Positions 32,783-45,319 of a DNA stretch of 64,000 bases are shown here, piece by piece. Position numbers and translations under genes: made by a program. The stretch comes from Sphagnum compactum (Eukaryota): positions 27,766,213 to 27,830,212 of the forward strand of contig OZ234493.1 of NCBI GenBank assembly GCA_965153455.1, in the 5' to 3' direction. Position 1 is the stretch's first letter, and the number at the start of each line of letters is the position of its first letter. The notes under the pieces were generated by a model, which did no database searches, had not been told where the DNA came from, and worked only from the letters and a program-made list of their open reading frames with translations.

Positions 32783-35054
32783 ATGAACACCCTAGGGTTG
32801 GCAGTGCCTCTTGATTCCTTGGATCCTCTTTAGCATCGTCATCATCCACACAAGGTGATTTGGAAGATGTGTCCACAATCACCACATTAGGGGTCTCATT
32901 TCTCCCACTTGGACGCATCTCCAAATCATTGCCGACACTAGTGCTATCCTCCATGAACTCAACATCCCTACACTTGATGATCTTCTTGGATTGCACACAC
33001 ATGAGCCTATATGCCTTGGTGCCTTCACAATACCCAAGAAACAAGCATTTTGTGCCCTTTGCATCAAGCTTACCCCTCTTCTCGTCCGGCACCATGGCAT
33101 ACGCAATGCATCCAAACACACGCATGTGTGAAATGCAAGGCTTTCTCCCACTCCACGCTTCCTCGGGTGTGATGGACGGCAACGCCCTTGATGGACATCG
33201 ATTCCTTGTGTAGGCCGCATTCACCACCGCTTCCGCCCAAAGTGACTTCTTGAGGTTTTGAGCATGAAGCATGCTCCTCGCCATCTCCACAAGGGTGCGG
33301 TTTGCACGTTCCGCCACTCCGTTTTGTTGAGGCCTATACGGTGTGGAGGTTTGCTTCTCAATGCCGTGTGCCTTCAAGAAGTGCTGGGATTCCTTGGAAA
33401 TGTACTCCCCTCCATTGTCCGACCGAAACACCTTGATCTTGTGCTCTGATTGTGTCTCCATAAGTGCCTTGAATTCCTTGAACTTCTCCAAGCACTCCCC
33501 TTTGGACTTCAACAAGTACACCCACACCTTCCTTGAAAAGTCGTCAATGTACGTCACAAAGTACCTTGCATCACCCAAGGATGTGGTCGTCATGGGGCCA
33601 CATACGTCTGAATGCACAATCTCCAAGGGCTTGGTGGCACGCATCCCTCCATCGCTTGGAAATGGTTTGCGATGTTGTTTTCCCTCAATGCACCCTTCAC
33701 AAACAAATGAAGATGTAGGGCAAGGCATGTTTCCAAGGTTCATACCACTCACCATGTTTTGGAGCGTATGCACACCTTTGACGTTCAAATGACCGAGGCG
33801 GCGATGCCAAAGCTCCAATGCACCATCAATTGTTGAAGTTTGGGCCACGTTGGCCACATGCACCTCACACACCTTGGTGAAGGTCAATTGATACAAGTTG
33901 CCTTCGTGTAGCGCTATTGCAATCACCTCTCCATCAAATGCCCTCACAATGCACTCATTCATGTTGAATTGCACTTTGCACCCACTTGACAAGATTTTGC
34001 TCACCGAAAGCAAGTTGGCATGCAATTTTGGCACATGGAGCACATCCTTGATTCTAATCTTCTTGGTTCGCCCTTTCACCATCACTTCCACAAGGATGGA
34101 CCCCATTCCAATTGCCTCAACAATGCTATCATCACCCATATGCACGTTACGTGTTGGAATTACCTCATACGTGTCAAATGCGGCTCTATGAGAGGTCATA
34201 TGCTTGGTGGCTCCCAAGTCCATGATCCACTTGCATATGGCCTTGCAATGGTCTCCATCCTTTGTTGCAAAGGAATAGTCATCATCGTCCTTGGCTTTGT
34301 TGGCATTCTCCTTCTCCTTGTTGTTGTTCTTGGCCTTGAAGCAAAATCGTGCAATGTGGCCTGGTTTGCCACAATAGTAGCATGTCTTGGTGTCTTTGCA
34401 TGTAGATGTGGTCCCTCCTCTTCCTTGCATTGACACCATTGCCGCATCGTCACCTTGCGGCTCCTTCTCCTTCCTCTTGGACACTTCATGCATCAATCGT
34501 GCGATCACAAACTCCATGGTGAGGTTTTGCATGGGCAAGGTCTCCAAGGCAGTGATTAGGTACTCGTAGGAGGGTGGCAAGCTCTCAAGCAAGGTCATCA
34601 CAACATCCTCATCCCTCACGGGCACCTCCAAGCAAGCAAGTTGATCCGCAAGCGCCTTGACCTTGTTGATGTGGTCTAGAAGGTCCTCTCCCTCTTGCAT
34701 CTTGCACGTGAAGAACTTGCGACGAATAAAGAGGATGTTGGACAAGCTCCGCGTCTCGTGGATGTTGCAAAGTGTTTTCCATGCCTCCGCGGGTCCCTTG
34801 CACCTCTTGATGTGGTGAAGTTGATTATCCACCAAGTTGATGCCAATGGTGGACATGGCCTTCTTTGCACGCCGTTGGTACTCCTTGATGACTTTGGGGT
34901 CCGCATCGGATGGTGGAGCCTCCTCGGACCCGTCCACAATCTCCCAAAGGTCCATGGAGGCCAACACCATCTCCATCTTGAATTTCCAAAGGTTGAAGTT
35001 CTCCCCATTGAACTTGTCAATGACTTTAGCGCTCTCTCCCTCAAACGATGCCAT
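32781..35054 (-). CDS. K gag-protease-integrase ORF (757 aa), no RT
   Basis: ATG at 35054. CYYCGKPGHIARFC knuckle, HHCC and DDE motifs. Protease site reads DLG instead of DSG. Confidence 0.88.
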   Translation of the reverse strand: MASFEGESAKVIDKFNGENFNLWKFKMEMVLASMDLWEIVDGSEEAPPSDADPKVIKEYQRRAKKAMSTIGINLVDNQLHHIKRCKGPAEAWKTLCNIHETRSLSNILFIRRKFFTCKMQEGEDLLDHINKVKALADQLACLEVPVRDEDVVMTLLESLPPSYEYLITALETLPMQNLTMEFVIARLMHEVSKRKEKEPQGDDAAMVSMQGRGGTTSTCKDTKTCYYCGKPGHIARFCFKAKNNNKEKENANKAKDDDDYSFATKDGDHCKAICKWIMDLGATKHMTSHRAAFDTYEVIPTRNVHMGDDSIVEAIGMGSILVEVMVKGRTKKIRIKDVLHVPKLHANLLSVSKILSSGCKVQFNMNECIVRAFDGEVIAIALHEGNLYQLTFTKVCEVHVANVAQTSTIDGALELWHRRLGHLNVKGVHTLQNMVSGMNLGNMPCPTSSFVCEGCIEGKQHRKPFPSDGGMRATKPLEIVHSDVCGPMTTTSLGDARYFVTYIDDFSRKVWVYLLKSKGECLEKFKEFKALMETQSEHKIKVFRSDNGGEYISKESQHFLKAHGIEKQTSTPYRPQQNGVAERANRTLVEMARSMLHAQNLKKSLWAEAVVNAAYTRNRCPSRALPSITPEEAWSGRKPCISHMRVFGCIAYAMVPDEKRGKLDAKGTKCLFLGYCEGTKAYRLMCVQSKKIIKCRDVEFMEDSTSVGNDLEMRPSGRNETPNVVIVDTSSKSPCVDDDDAKEDPRNQEALPTLGCS

Positions 35055-35420
35055 TTTGCACTCAAATCCGACCTCTCTACCCACTTATGCGCTCAACCAA
35101 ATTTAATGAGCACTTTTACATGCAATTGCCTCAATGCACTCTCAAATGTGCTTCAATCACTCAAATGCACACGAATGCACTTCATAAACACACTCTAGCC
35201 CCTAGAAGGCTCAATTGTGTACGAATGCACCTTCAATCACAAAATTTATCCCTTAATGGCTCCCACTTGCATCAATGCCTCCTCAAACACTCAAAATGCA
35301 CTCAACCAACTCAAATCAAGTGCTCTATGAATCAAATGTGCACAAATACACCTTAATGACTCAAATCAAAACTTACAATGTTGGAATGTGCACACATACA
35401 CATCCAATTCTTCCAAATAC

Positions 35421-35690
35421 CTCCAAAGAGCACCAATCAAGCACTTGTGCACCTCTAAGCTCCAAATGGCCTCCAAAACCTGAAAGCTCCTCCAAAGCTC
35501 TTCAAAACTCTTCCAAGGCTCCAAAAGCGCCTCCAAAACCCTCAAAAGTGCAAACTCCAAAGAGCACCAATCAAGCACTTGTGCACCTCTAAACTCCAAA
35601 TGGCCTCCAAAACCTCAAAGCTCCTCCAAAGCTCTTCAAAACTCCTCCAAGGCTCTAAAAGCATTTCAAAAACCCTCAAAAGTGCAAACT
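35421..35690. repeat. Two-copy ~135-bp tandem repeat in the K leader
   Basis: CTCCAAAGAGCACCAATCAAGCACTTGTGCACCTCTAA occurs at ~35421 and ~35555. Confidence 0.8.
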
Positions 35691-35772
35691 TGCACATCCA
35701 ACACACACAAACCCTCAAGATCTCTCTCAATGCACACAAGCAATCAAACCTCTAATCATGCAACTCGCATGT

Positions 35773-35786
35773 GTGGGCCCATAACC
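35773..35786 (-). promoter_or_regulatory. Half-tRNAiMet PBS of K
   Basis: GGTTATGGGCCCAC abutting the 5' LTR. Confidence 0.9.
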
Positions 35787-36136
35787 TATTGGAAATTACA
35801 AAGGTTATATGCTTCAAATGCTACAATCATATAACTATGGCTTGTAATATCTAACAAGGCTTGAAGCTTCTATGTGCACTCAAAAAACCATAAAAGAGAG
35901 AATGAAAGACTCCTCAAAACCAAACCCTTATATACTATCTACTAACCCTAAAGTAGCCGCCACTTAACCCTAACCTAGCCGCCATTTAACCCTAACTTAG
36001 CCGCCACCTAACCCTAGCCGCCACCAAACCCTAACCCTAGCCGTCACCAAGCCCTCTCAAATCTACCTATGTCTTTGATTGCTTGCAACACTTATCTACC
36101 ACATTGTTTCTAACATCTACATCATAATCTTCAACA
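35787..36136 (-). repeat. 5' LTR of K (350 bp)
   Basis: Direct repeat of 31774-32123. Confidence 0.95.
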
Positions 36137-36213
36137 ATTACTTAATGAAAATATGATTTTAACATTATTATATAACTTAAATTAGTATTTAGCTTAAGAT
36201 GTTTATGTACTAG

Positions 36214-38070
36214 ATGGTGATGAAAGAACTACATGAAGGACCATCAGGAGGGCATTTTGCAACTAAAATGACGCATTTGAATGCTGGATATTGGTGGCCA
36301 ACTATGTACAGAGATGTGCATGATTGCTACAAATCTTGTGATGCATGTCAAAAAACAGGAGGATTGGCAACTCAAAGTCTTACAAAGCTAGTTACAAGTC
36401 TTCTAGAAGAACCATTTATGACATGGGACTTGATTTTGTGGCGCCAATTAAACCAACAAGAAGATATATAGGAAACAAATTTATTCTTATAACCACAAAT
36501 TATGTTACCAAGTGGGTGGAAGCAAGAGCATTGGGAACTAATACTATAGTAGTCGCAACAAAATTTCTGTATGAGTGCATATTAATTAGGTTTGGATGTC
36601 CTTTAACTATAGTCACATATCAAGGAGTTCATTTCATTAATGATGCCTTCAAGCATTTGATAGATCATTTTTTGTTGAAACATGTGAGTTCTACAACCTA
36701 TTATCCTCAAAGGAATGGGCAAGTTGAATCTACTAACAAGGTACTTGGACACTGTTGACTAAATTAATTAATGTAAATAGAATAGATTGGGATGAGCATC
36801 TGTCTACATTGTTATTTTCATACAAAACTGCATACAAAGTAACAACAAGGTATACACCATATTAATTAGTATATGGATTACATCCATCGATGCCCACAAA
36901 GTACATAGTGCCAATTGCTTGTGGAAATGAGAGAGATTGTAATTAGTGAATTTTAACTAGTAGAATTAAAAAGTTGGAGAAGTTGCAGGAAGGTCAAAAC
37001 ACATAACTAGGAGCCAAAAAAGGTATTAGATGTTAAACATAATTAATCAAAATCAAAATTTTATTTTTTTTTACCATTTAAAACCAGAGTAATCATGGCA
37101 AGTTAGTCTTTTTTCCCTCATATGAATGTTAAGGAACTTAGAGTATAAATTCATTTGATCCAATTTTAAGTTTTCGTTTTAATTTAGGACATTTGAAAAT
37201 GTACACCTACTGCGTCAAATGGAGTCAATTCTGCAAGGACTATCAAAAGGATTCATATAGTAAAAGAATTTTCCTTGAAAAAAATACATATTGTAAGACC
37301 ATATTAGCCACATTCAAAAAACACTCATATTTTAAAAATGTGGAATTCGAAAACTTTAAAAATTCAAAGAAATTTTCAAAATTGATCCAAAATTTCAAAG
37401 CTTCAAAAGTCCTTTACCACATATAAATGGGTTATAATGTTATAGCTTAGAGTATAATAAAACTAAAGAAAGTGAAATTTTAATTTTTGGTGATGACTTA
37501 AAATTTTGATCATTTTTCAAGATGAAACATTGAATCTATAAGGAATCTGCATATTTTTTTTAATTCCTATTTATGCAATAATGATTAACACAAAAAAGTT
37601 GATGCATTGGGGAACTGTTAAATATTTTTTACAAGTTACCAAAAAATTCATTCAAAAATTCATTTGCATTTAAAAGTTTTTTTGGGAAAAAGGACTTGCA
37701 ATCCTTTTCCAAAGTAATCCCTTTAGTTCCTAGTTACAAGTTTTGGCCCAAGAGGACAGAATGCAAGTTGCAAAAACTACATGTATTCAATAGTGGAATA
37801 GAACATTATGGAGTCAACAAAAGAATCCAAAAAAATAATTCAATTTTAATGATTCTGTTTTGTGGTTTCCGAAGGGAAATAAATCACACCTAGGGAAATT
37901 TACTAGGAAATGGTTTGGACCGTACAAAATACAATATGTGTTGCGAAATAACACTTTATTATTGGTGACCATTGGAAAGTTTGAAACTAACCCTATGCTG
38001 GTTAATGTGAGTAAGTTCAAACCTTACAAGTACATGGAATTTGAAGTTCAAAAACAAGAACAATAGATGC
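36214..38070 (+). pseudogene. Decayed Gypsy integrase (HHCC, core, GPY/F), interrupted by a MITE
   Basis: ELHEGPSGGH...YWWPTMY...CDACQ, TKWVEA, YYPQRNGQVESTN and KWFGPY motifs, with frameshifts. Confidence 0.9.
36991..37749. mobile_element. MITE-like element with imperfect ~35-bp TIRs
   Basis: Left AGGTCAAAACACATAACTAGGAGCC versus reverse-complemented right GGGCCAAAACTTGTAACTAGGAACT. Integrase (LEKLQ-EDRMQ) is split. Flanks read AGGA and AAGA. Confidence 0.75.
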
Positions 38071-38699
38071 TAATATATTGGGAATAAAATGTAGGTGGAG
38101 TTCAGGCGGAAAACTTTGATATGGAAAAGGAAGATGAAAACTATGAAATATAGAAACCACAGATGTAGAGTACTAAATATGAAGAATAGATGGAGGATCC
38201 TACCCTCAACACATTATTGATTAAAAAACTACCTATGACTAATGAATTCATGAGTTATAACTACAAAAGTGAGGGGTTAGGAAAGCAAAGATCTAAAGAT
38301 AAGCTATTAGGGGTATTAGTTGAATCAATAAAAGTGTTCACTTAGTCATCAAGAGTATTCGCACAAACATTAGGTTTGTTGGTAGATTAATTGAAAAATT
38401 GGTCCAATCAACATATGTATTGACATAGTTAACATATAAGTGGACACAAGCAACAGAAGGCATATACATTGAACGAGGTGGACTCAATATAGTTAATGTA
38501 GAGAAATTAGGGATGAGGACTTATTGAAAGATGAAATTTGAAGTGATCATTCATAATGATGACGTAATGTGCTTCCACGTGGCTGTACAAGGGACACACA
38601 AAATGGTAGTGATGGGCTGTATTCATTTTGAGGATTCAACGTTAATTAAAATATGACAAGCAAGTGAAAAAATGAATGCAACGGGTGGGAAGCTCAAGA

Positions 38700-41267
38700 A
38701 CAAAAAAAACAACGTAATTATCGAAAGTGGTTTTTGTTTCTTGTCAAAAGTTGTGAGCATTTTCAAAGTTTTAGAGATCACATAAACATGAGTGTAAAGA
38801 GTGTGATTGAGAAATTGCAAAGAATAACAAAGGAAAAGGAAGCACAGAAGAGTGAACATAGACCAAGGCAAGAGGAGGAAGTGGAATTTTTAAAAAGAAC
38901 AGAAGCAAAAGAGGAGTTGAGAAGAGTAGAACATGAAGGCATGTCAATATTCAGCCATTGGCTATAAGGTCACCACCACATTCATCATCATCTTCGGAAT
39001 GTGCAGAAAGGAAAACAATTCATGAGAAGATACAATTTGCGTAGACGATAATTCATGATATAAATACGATTGGAACATCTGCAATTGAGTTTTTGCGCAA
39101 AAGTCAAAGATGTTAGTGTGCAGGAAAGCAGATAGGACTAGGAGCTACATCAATAGATCCGATGTTCATTGAAGAATTGGAGGAAGACAAGTTGTAGAGC
39201 AACAGTTTGTGGAAGCATAGGTAGTGCAGAAGGATTGAGGGGAGGAGAACATTGTTGAGGTGGAAGTATAGTTATCCACAGAAGTGCAGGTGGAAGTATG
39301 ACAATCCACAAAGGTGCAAGTGATGGCAAAAACACAATGAAGGGCGATAGAGATGGAGATGCATGAATCGAAAGTTATAGCAAAGAGAAGATGTGCGATC
39401 ATGGAAAAAGCTACACTTCTAGAGAAAGGTATTAAAATTCCAGATCTTGAACGATTCATAGTGAAGAAGGAACAGGAGAGCACAAAAACAAGGGCATAGA
39501 AAATGATGAGGGGCAAAGTGGAATCATTTGTAGTGCCAATAGTGGTATAGACAACAAAACAAACTGCAGAGGTACCATAGATGACATCTCCACAAAAGGG
39601 ATAGTTAAAGGAGTAGAAACAAGAGGTACCATAAATGACATCTCCACAAAAAAGACAATTAAATGAGCAGATGCAGGAAGTTAGGGAACATGACACAAAG
39701 TTTCCAGAGGGTGAAAAACATTTGCACTTTGATGGGGATGTATATGAAGATTGGATGAAAACCATCGGAAGTACATAACATTTTCAGCATTTATAATAGT
39801 ATTTGCCGCAAAAACAACAACGGAAATTGGACAGTCTTCATGTTATTGGACTATAGATAAAGAAAATGGAGACAAAGCCTTCTTTTGTAAAGTTTAGGCC
39901 ATCGGACAAGTACTAGTTAGTAGACCAAGATCCGTAGAAGGATTTCCATTTGAATTTGAATTGGGGAGCAGATTGGTGCAAGAGATGGGATCATCTGCAG
40001 AAGGATCCAAAAATCCTACGACACAAATAAGTACACCAAAGTCTGTGGAGGAGGTAGCTGCAGAAGTAATGCAAACACTGAAGGTAGTTGAATTATTTCC
40101 AACTATGACAATTGTAGGTCTAAAATATGGGGAATTTGAATATGGAGGTGAGCAGTTTGAAGAACAAATTGGCCACAAGGGAGAAGGAGAAGGTAGTATT
40201 ACAAAAGGAATTAGATAAGGAAATAAACTTCTAGAAGGGGTATAAGCAAAATGTGGAAATTTGGAGGAAGAACAGGGTTGAGGCTGAGCAAAAGATTAAA
40301 ATGTTCACTAAGAAGGATGAAAATGAGGAGCTCAAAGGTTGCTAGCATGACTAAAGTCATAGGATGAAGAATTGCAGGATTTAAAGCAGAAGGTTGAAAT
40401 CTGGGAAACCACAAAGAAAAAGTGGATAGAGGCATTGTTTCTTCATAAGCAACAATAAGAGGCTCTAGGTAATTAGGTGAAAGCACTAACTAAAGAAAAT
40501 AAAGAGAAGGAAAATGTTCTGACAAATTTGGAATTAGTGAATCTAAAGAATGCATCTCTACTATAATCTGAAAAACTTAGAAGAAGACTGCAGAAGCAGA
40601 AAGAAAGAAGTTGATGGAAGAAAAAATGAGTATCAAAGGAATCTGTAACACTTGCAAGCACAGTTGGAGATTGCAAAGGAACAAAGGAAGAGTATGGACC
40701 CAGCTATGTCAAGAAAAAGGTAAAGGGTTATGAACAAATGCTACAGTACTATACCCTAATGAGGACAAAGAACAAGATGAAAGATTTAGAGGTAGAATCT
40801 AAGGAATGGTGGGAGGTTGTAGAGGAGTATTTTACAAAAGAGTTGGAGAAAAATCTAGCTTAGCATAGAGTTAATGAAAGATTTCTGAGGTACAAGTTGG
40901 AAATTTATCAAAAGAATTTTCCAAATTTTGTCTATGGCAGTCCAAGAAGTACAAAGGCATTGGACAAGGATGAAGAAGTTGAAGCAAGGCCTAGCAAAAC
41001 AGCTTAAGAGGAGGAAGTGCAGATTAAGGATCCACAAAACCTCAAAAGAAAAACAACTTAGGAAAGGAAAGTACATGCAAAAAAACCACAAGACCTCAAA
41101 GGAGGGGGCCAGGAAGAGAATATACCAAAGATAACTCAAGAACAAAAGCAGGTAGAGTCTATTCCAAGATACAACCCTTGGAAATAGAACCACAGATTAA
41201 ACTAGTGGAGAAGGAGGTCAAAATTGCAGAGCCAAAAGTGGGTATAGAACCACTAGTTGTTGAACAA
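38700..41267 (+). pseudogene. Decayed purine-rich, Glu/Lys-rich extra coding region downstream of Gypsy integrase (resumes at 43270 to ~43590)
   Basis: Strong plus-strand A/G bias and broken E/K-rich frames; no family recognised. Confidence 0.35.
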
Positions 41268-43269
41268 CACTACTAAAAATCTTGTCGTTTGCAATTAGTC
41301 ACTATGGAATTGGCATGCAACTAGTTGTCATTTGTAACTATTTCAATCATGTTTGTAACTATAAATTTGGTATTGTATAATTTTTCAGCCATACGGTTGT
41401 GTGTGCAACTAACGTACAACTAAATGTGTACAACATGGACATGTGTTTTAAAAATAATGGCCTAAATTTATACATACTTAAATTATTATACTTAATATAT
41501 CTACATAGGTTGTGTATAATAATATTATATGCTTCTAGTATTAAGGTTAACCCCATGCTAATTTAGGCTAACCTAAACTAACATAAGCTAAAATAACCAT
41601 GGCTAAAAAAGTTTTAAAAAGTTAACTAACCATGGCTAAATTAAATTAGGTTAAACTAACCATAGTTAAAATAAGTTAGGCTAAAATAATTATGGCTAAA
41701 ATTAACCATGGTTAAATTTATTAGGTTAAACTAATTATGGCTAAATTAAATTATGTTAAATTATTTATGGCTGAAATAAATTAAACTATATTATTTATGG
41801 TTAAATTAAGTTAGGCCAAACTAATTATGGCTAAATTAAATTAGGCCACATTAATTATGGCTAAATTAAATTAGGCCAAACTAATTAGGGCTAAATTAAG
41901 TTAGGCTAAATTATTTATGGTTAAAATAAATTAAACTATACTAATTATGGCTAAATTAAATTAAGCTAAATTATTTATGGCTAAAGTAAATTAGGCCAAA
42001 CCAATTATGGCTAAATTAAGTTAGGCTAAAATATTTATGGCTAAAATAAATTAAGCTAAAACTAAAAATTGTTAAATTAATTATGGCTATCTAAATTATA
42101 CTAAATTAAAATATATATTGCAATTTTTAAAATTTAATTTGTCAAATATATTTAAATATTTGTTTTGGCAAGTAAATTTTTTTTAAAAAAAATTATTTGG
42201 AATCTTTTTCAAAAAATGTAAATTTGATTAAACAAAAACGTTATTTAGAATCAATTAATATGATAATATTAAAATTTATTATAAATATTCATAATTATCA
42301 ATTAAGTGTTTATTATAATTATAATGATAATCAATTATATATATAATATCAATACGTATCATATATTTAAAATTTATTATTTATGTTAAAATATTAATGT
42401 AAATAGGCTTCTAATGTGTAACTAAGTTGGTTCATGAAATTTGCAATGGAATTTTTTTATCCCATATCCTTTGGCTTCCAATTCTATTTGGTTCAGTATA
42501 TAAGTAGGAGCAATAATTTTGTAATAACCAAACACCAAGTGCCATTAGGGATGAGTAAATAATTAAAGCTTGACCTTTATGAAATGGTCAACCTTAAAAA
42601 TAAAATCAGATTATTCTAATTTTACTTATATAGCCTAAACCTAGCAATGTTCAACCTACTTACATACCTAAATAAACCTACTTACCTAATAGGGTTTAAT
42701 AATTACCTACTTACCTAAGGAACACGTGTCAACATTTTATTAGCCATAAATTGGACGATTTACATTTCATTAATTAATATTTTAAAATTAAAAAATAGGT
42801 GGGCCTTAATTGCCACATGTCATCATATAATCGGTGTTTAGAAAGGACATGTGTCAAATTGTCAATAAACGCTCCATGGTGTGCCACGTGTCATCATTTT
42901 AATGGTAGAAACTTTAATATTGAGATTAATTCAATGAATTTTTACTTTTGAAAAGATAAAAATAATTAAATAGTGACATGTGTCCACAATCTAGTTGTCC
43001 AATTTTTAAACACATGTCATATTTTTTATTAATTACATTATAGTTGCAAGGAGAGTTGCACATAAGGTGCAACTACATTTGGATTAGTATGTATGGATGA
43101 GCATGTATATTAGCACCGTGTATACATGTTGCATACGTAGTGTCGCATGCAATTAAATGTCATGTGTAACTTGTCTTAGCCAACTACACAAATTTGTAGT
43201 TGCATGTGTCACATGCAACTGAATTTTAGTTGCAAACGACAGTTGCAAAACCCAAAATTTCTAATAGTG
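41268..43269. mobile_element. Non-autonomous CACTA element (2002 bp)
   Basis: Termini CACTACTAAAAAT and ATTTCTAATAGTG. 3-bp TSD CAA at 41265-41267 and 43270-43272. Subterminal TGCAAC/GTTGCA motifs at both ends; no transposase. Confidence 0.9.
41560..42100. repeat. 30-bp minisatellite (two related 15-mers) inside the CACTA element
   Basis: Unit ~CTAATTATGGCTAAATTAAATTAGGCCAAA, with exact 30-bp register at 41731-42060. Confidence 0.9.
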
Positions 43270-44390
43270 CAAGTTTAGACTACAAAGACAGTAATGGTGG
43301 AGATGGATGCTTAGAACATTGTAGAATACATTCATTTCATTTTCTATCATTTTCCAAGGATTTTGAAGAAGAAATCCAAAGTATAGAGAGGTAATGTTAA
43401 GGGGGTAGGATGAGTACATGGTTTGGATGAACAAGGCATTTGGATAGGGACTAATCATGGAACATTATTAATTTGAATTTTGAATTCTTGTTGTTTTTGG
43501 AACCATGATGATGTGACTTGGGACTACCCAGAAAGGAAAGTTTTGGGACGAAGGAAGGGGATTCTTAGACACAATTTTGGGAAAAGTAAGAAGAATTGTA
43601 TGTACTTTGTAGTAGAGAACCATAAATTATGTTTTGATATTCCATAGATTTTATTCTGTTGTTTTGATTTCATTTTAACATAACATGGAATTCTGCTATA
43701 ATTCTGATGTAGTTTTCAATAAAACAAAAAAGTATAGACTTTTGTAGTGATTTCTATGTTCAGGTTATTGTGTGAGTTTTCCGTAGTATCAAAAATGTAA
43801 TGTAATGAATTGTAATTTTGTCTCTAGATGTAATGAATTGTATTCTAAAGTGCAGAATTTGGTTATATGAAATAACCATGAATTTGGTATTTTCATGAAC
43901 TACAAAGTCGGGTGTGTTTAGAATTAAGTTAGAAATTGTGAATGTGTGCATACTGTAGTGCAAATATGTTGTGATAATAATGTGAAATGATTCTGCAAGG
44001 ATTAAAATTCACTTTTACCACTAACATCATAATTATATGTTGAAACTAAACGAAGATTACGTAAAGATAAAACATCATTAAGTGATTCCATGTTAGCTAA
44101 TTTTTAATTATGATAAGATATTTCAATGGATGGATGGGGGTGGAAGGATGGATTGATGAATGAATGGATGGATGAAAAATGAAAGGATAAATGGATGGAA
44201 GATGGATGGAAGTTAGATGGATGGATGAAAGATGAAAATGCATGGATGAAAAATGGATGGGATTTTTTCATTGAAGATGGATATTAACTAATAATTAGTT
44301 AGTTAATGTTTATCATATTTTAACTTAACATATATAGAAGTCAAATTCATATTTAATACATGATAACATTTAACAAACAAATTAATTACC

Positions 44391-44538
44391 ACAATGTCAA
44401 AACATGGTAAATATAACTTCATTTTTTGGACTAGAGTCCATCCATGATTGGAAAAATGATTAATCTTAGTTGTTTTTCCAATCATGGAGAGACTCTAGTC
44501 CAAAAGACAAAATCATATTTACGACGTTCTGGCATTAT
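44391..44538. repeat. ~150-bp foldback (hairpin/MITE-like)
   Basis: TTTTGGACTAGAGTC..TCCATGATTGGAAAAA pairs with TTTTTCCAATCATGGA..GACTCTAGTCCAAAA; imperfect outer arms. Confidence 0.8.
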
Positions 44539-45319
44539 ACAAATTTAATTTAACATTTAAAAAGGTCAAATATGTGATTTTGTAACACTTACAAAAATTG
44601 AATCTGTGGTTAAATTTGTGGTTCGTTAATATTTATAAAGGTCAAATCTGTGGTCAAATTTGTGAGGTTATAACACATATAAAAATCGAATATGTTGTAA
44701 CATATATAAAAGTCAAATCTATGGTTAGATCCGTAGTTAAATAACACATATAAAAATCAAATATGTGATCAGATCTATGATGTTGTAACACATATAAAAA
44801 TCAAATCTATGATTAGATTCGTGGTTTTACAACATTTATAAGGTATTGATATGTAATGATTGTTGAAGTAATTTGAAAAAATTAATGAAGGGCAATTTTC
44901 CTTCAAATATTCTTAAATATCAAATCCATAAATTAAATCAAAATGAAAGATGGGATGGATGGATGAAAGATGGATGGATCAATTTTGGGTTTAAAGTTTC
45001 ATTTTATTGGTTAAAGTAAGGTGTAGGTGTAGGCGAAAGGTTGAGAATGAAAAATTAGATGAAAAATAAATTGAACGTGAAAACAACACACCAAATCCAA
45101 CATGAAATGTTTTCAAGGAAATGACATCACATGATTTTATAAATATTGTGATTTTGCACCAAGAATTGTGTATGTTGATATTTCATAGATAGTGAAATGA
45201 GCAAAAATTGTGGATCTTAATATTTTGTAAATATTGAATTTTTTTTAGAAAATGGATATTTATTTTTTTGGATATTGAAATATTTCAAATCATAAGCATC
45301 ATGTGCATCTAGAATCAAA

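Larger units (their letters stand above)
31774..36136 (-). mobile_element. Copia family-2 element K, both LTRs present, RT/RNase H scrambled (non-autonomous)
   Basis: TSD ATTAC at 31769-31773 and 36137-36141. Two 350-bp LTRs with 4 mismatches. PBS at 35773-35786. Confidence 0.95.
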
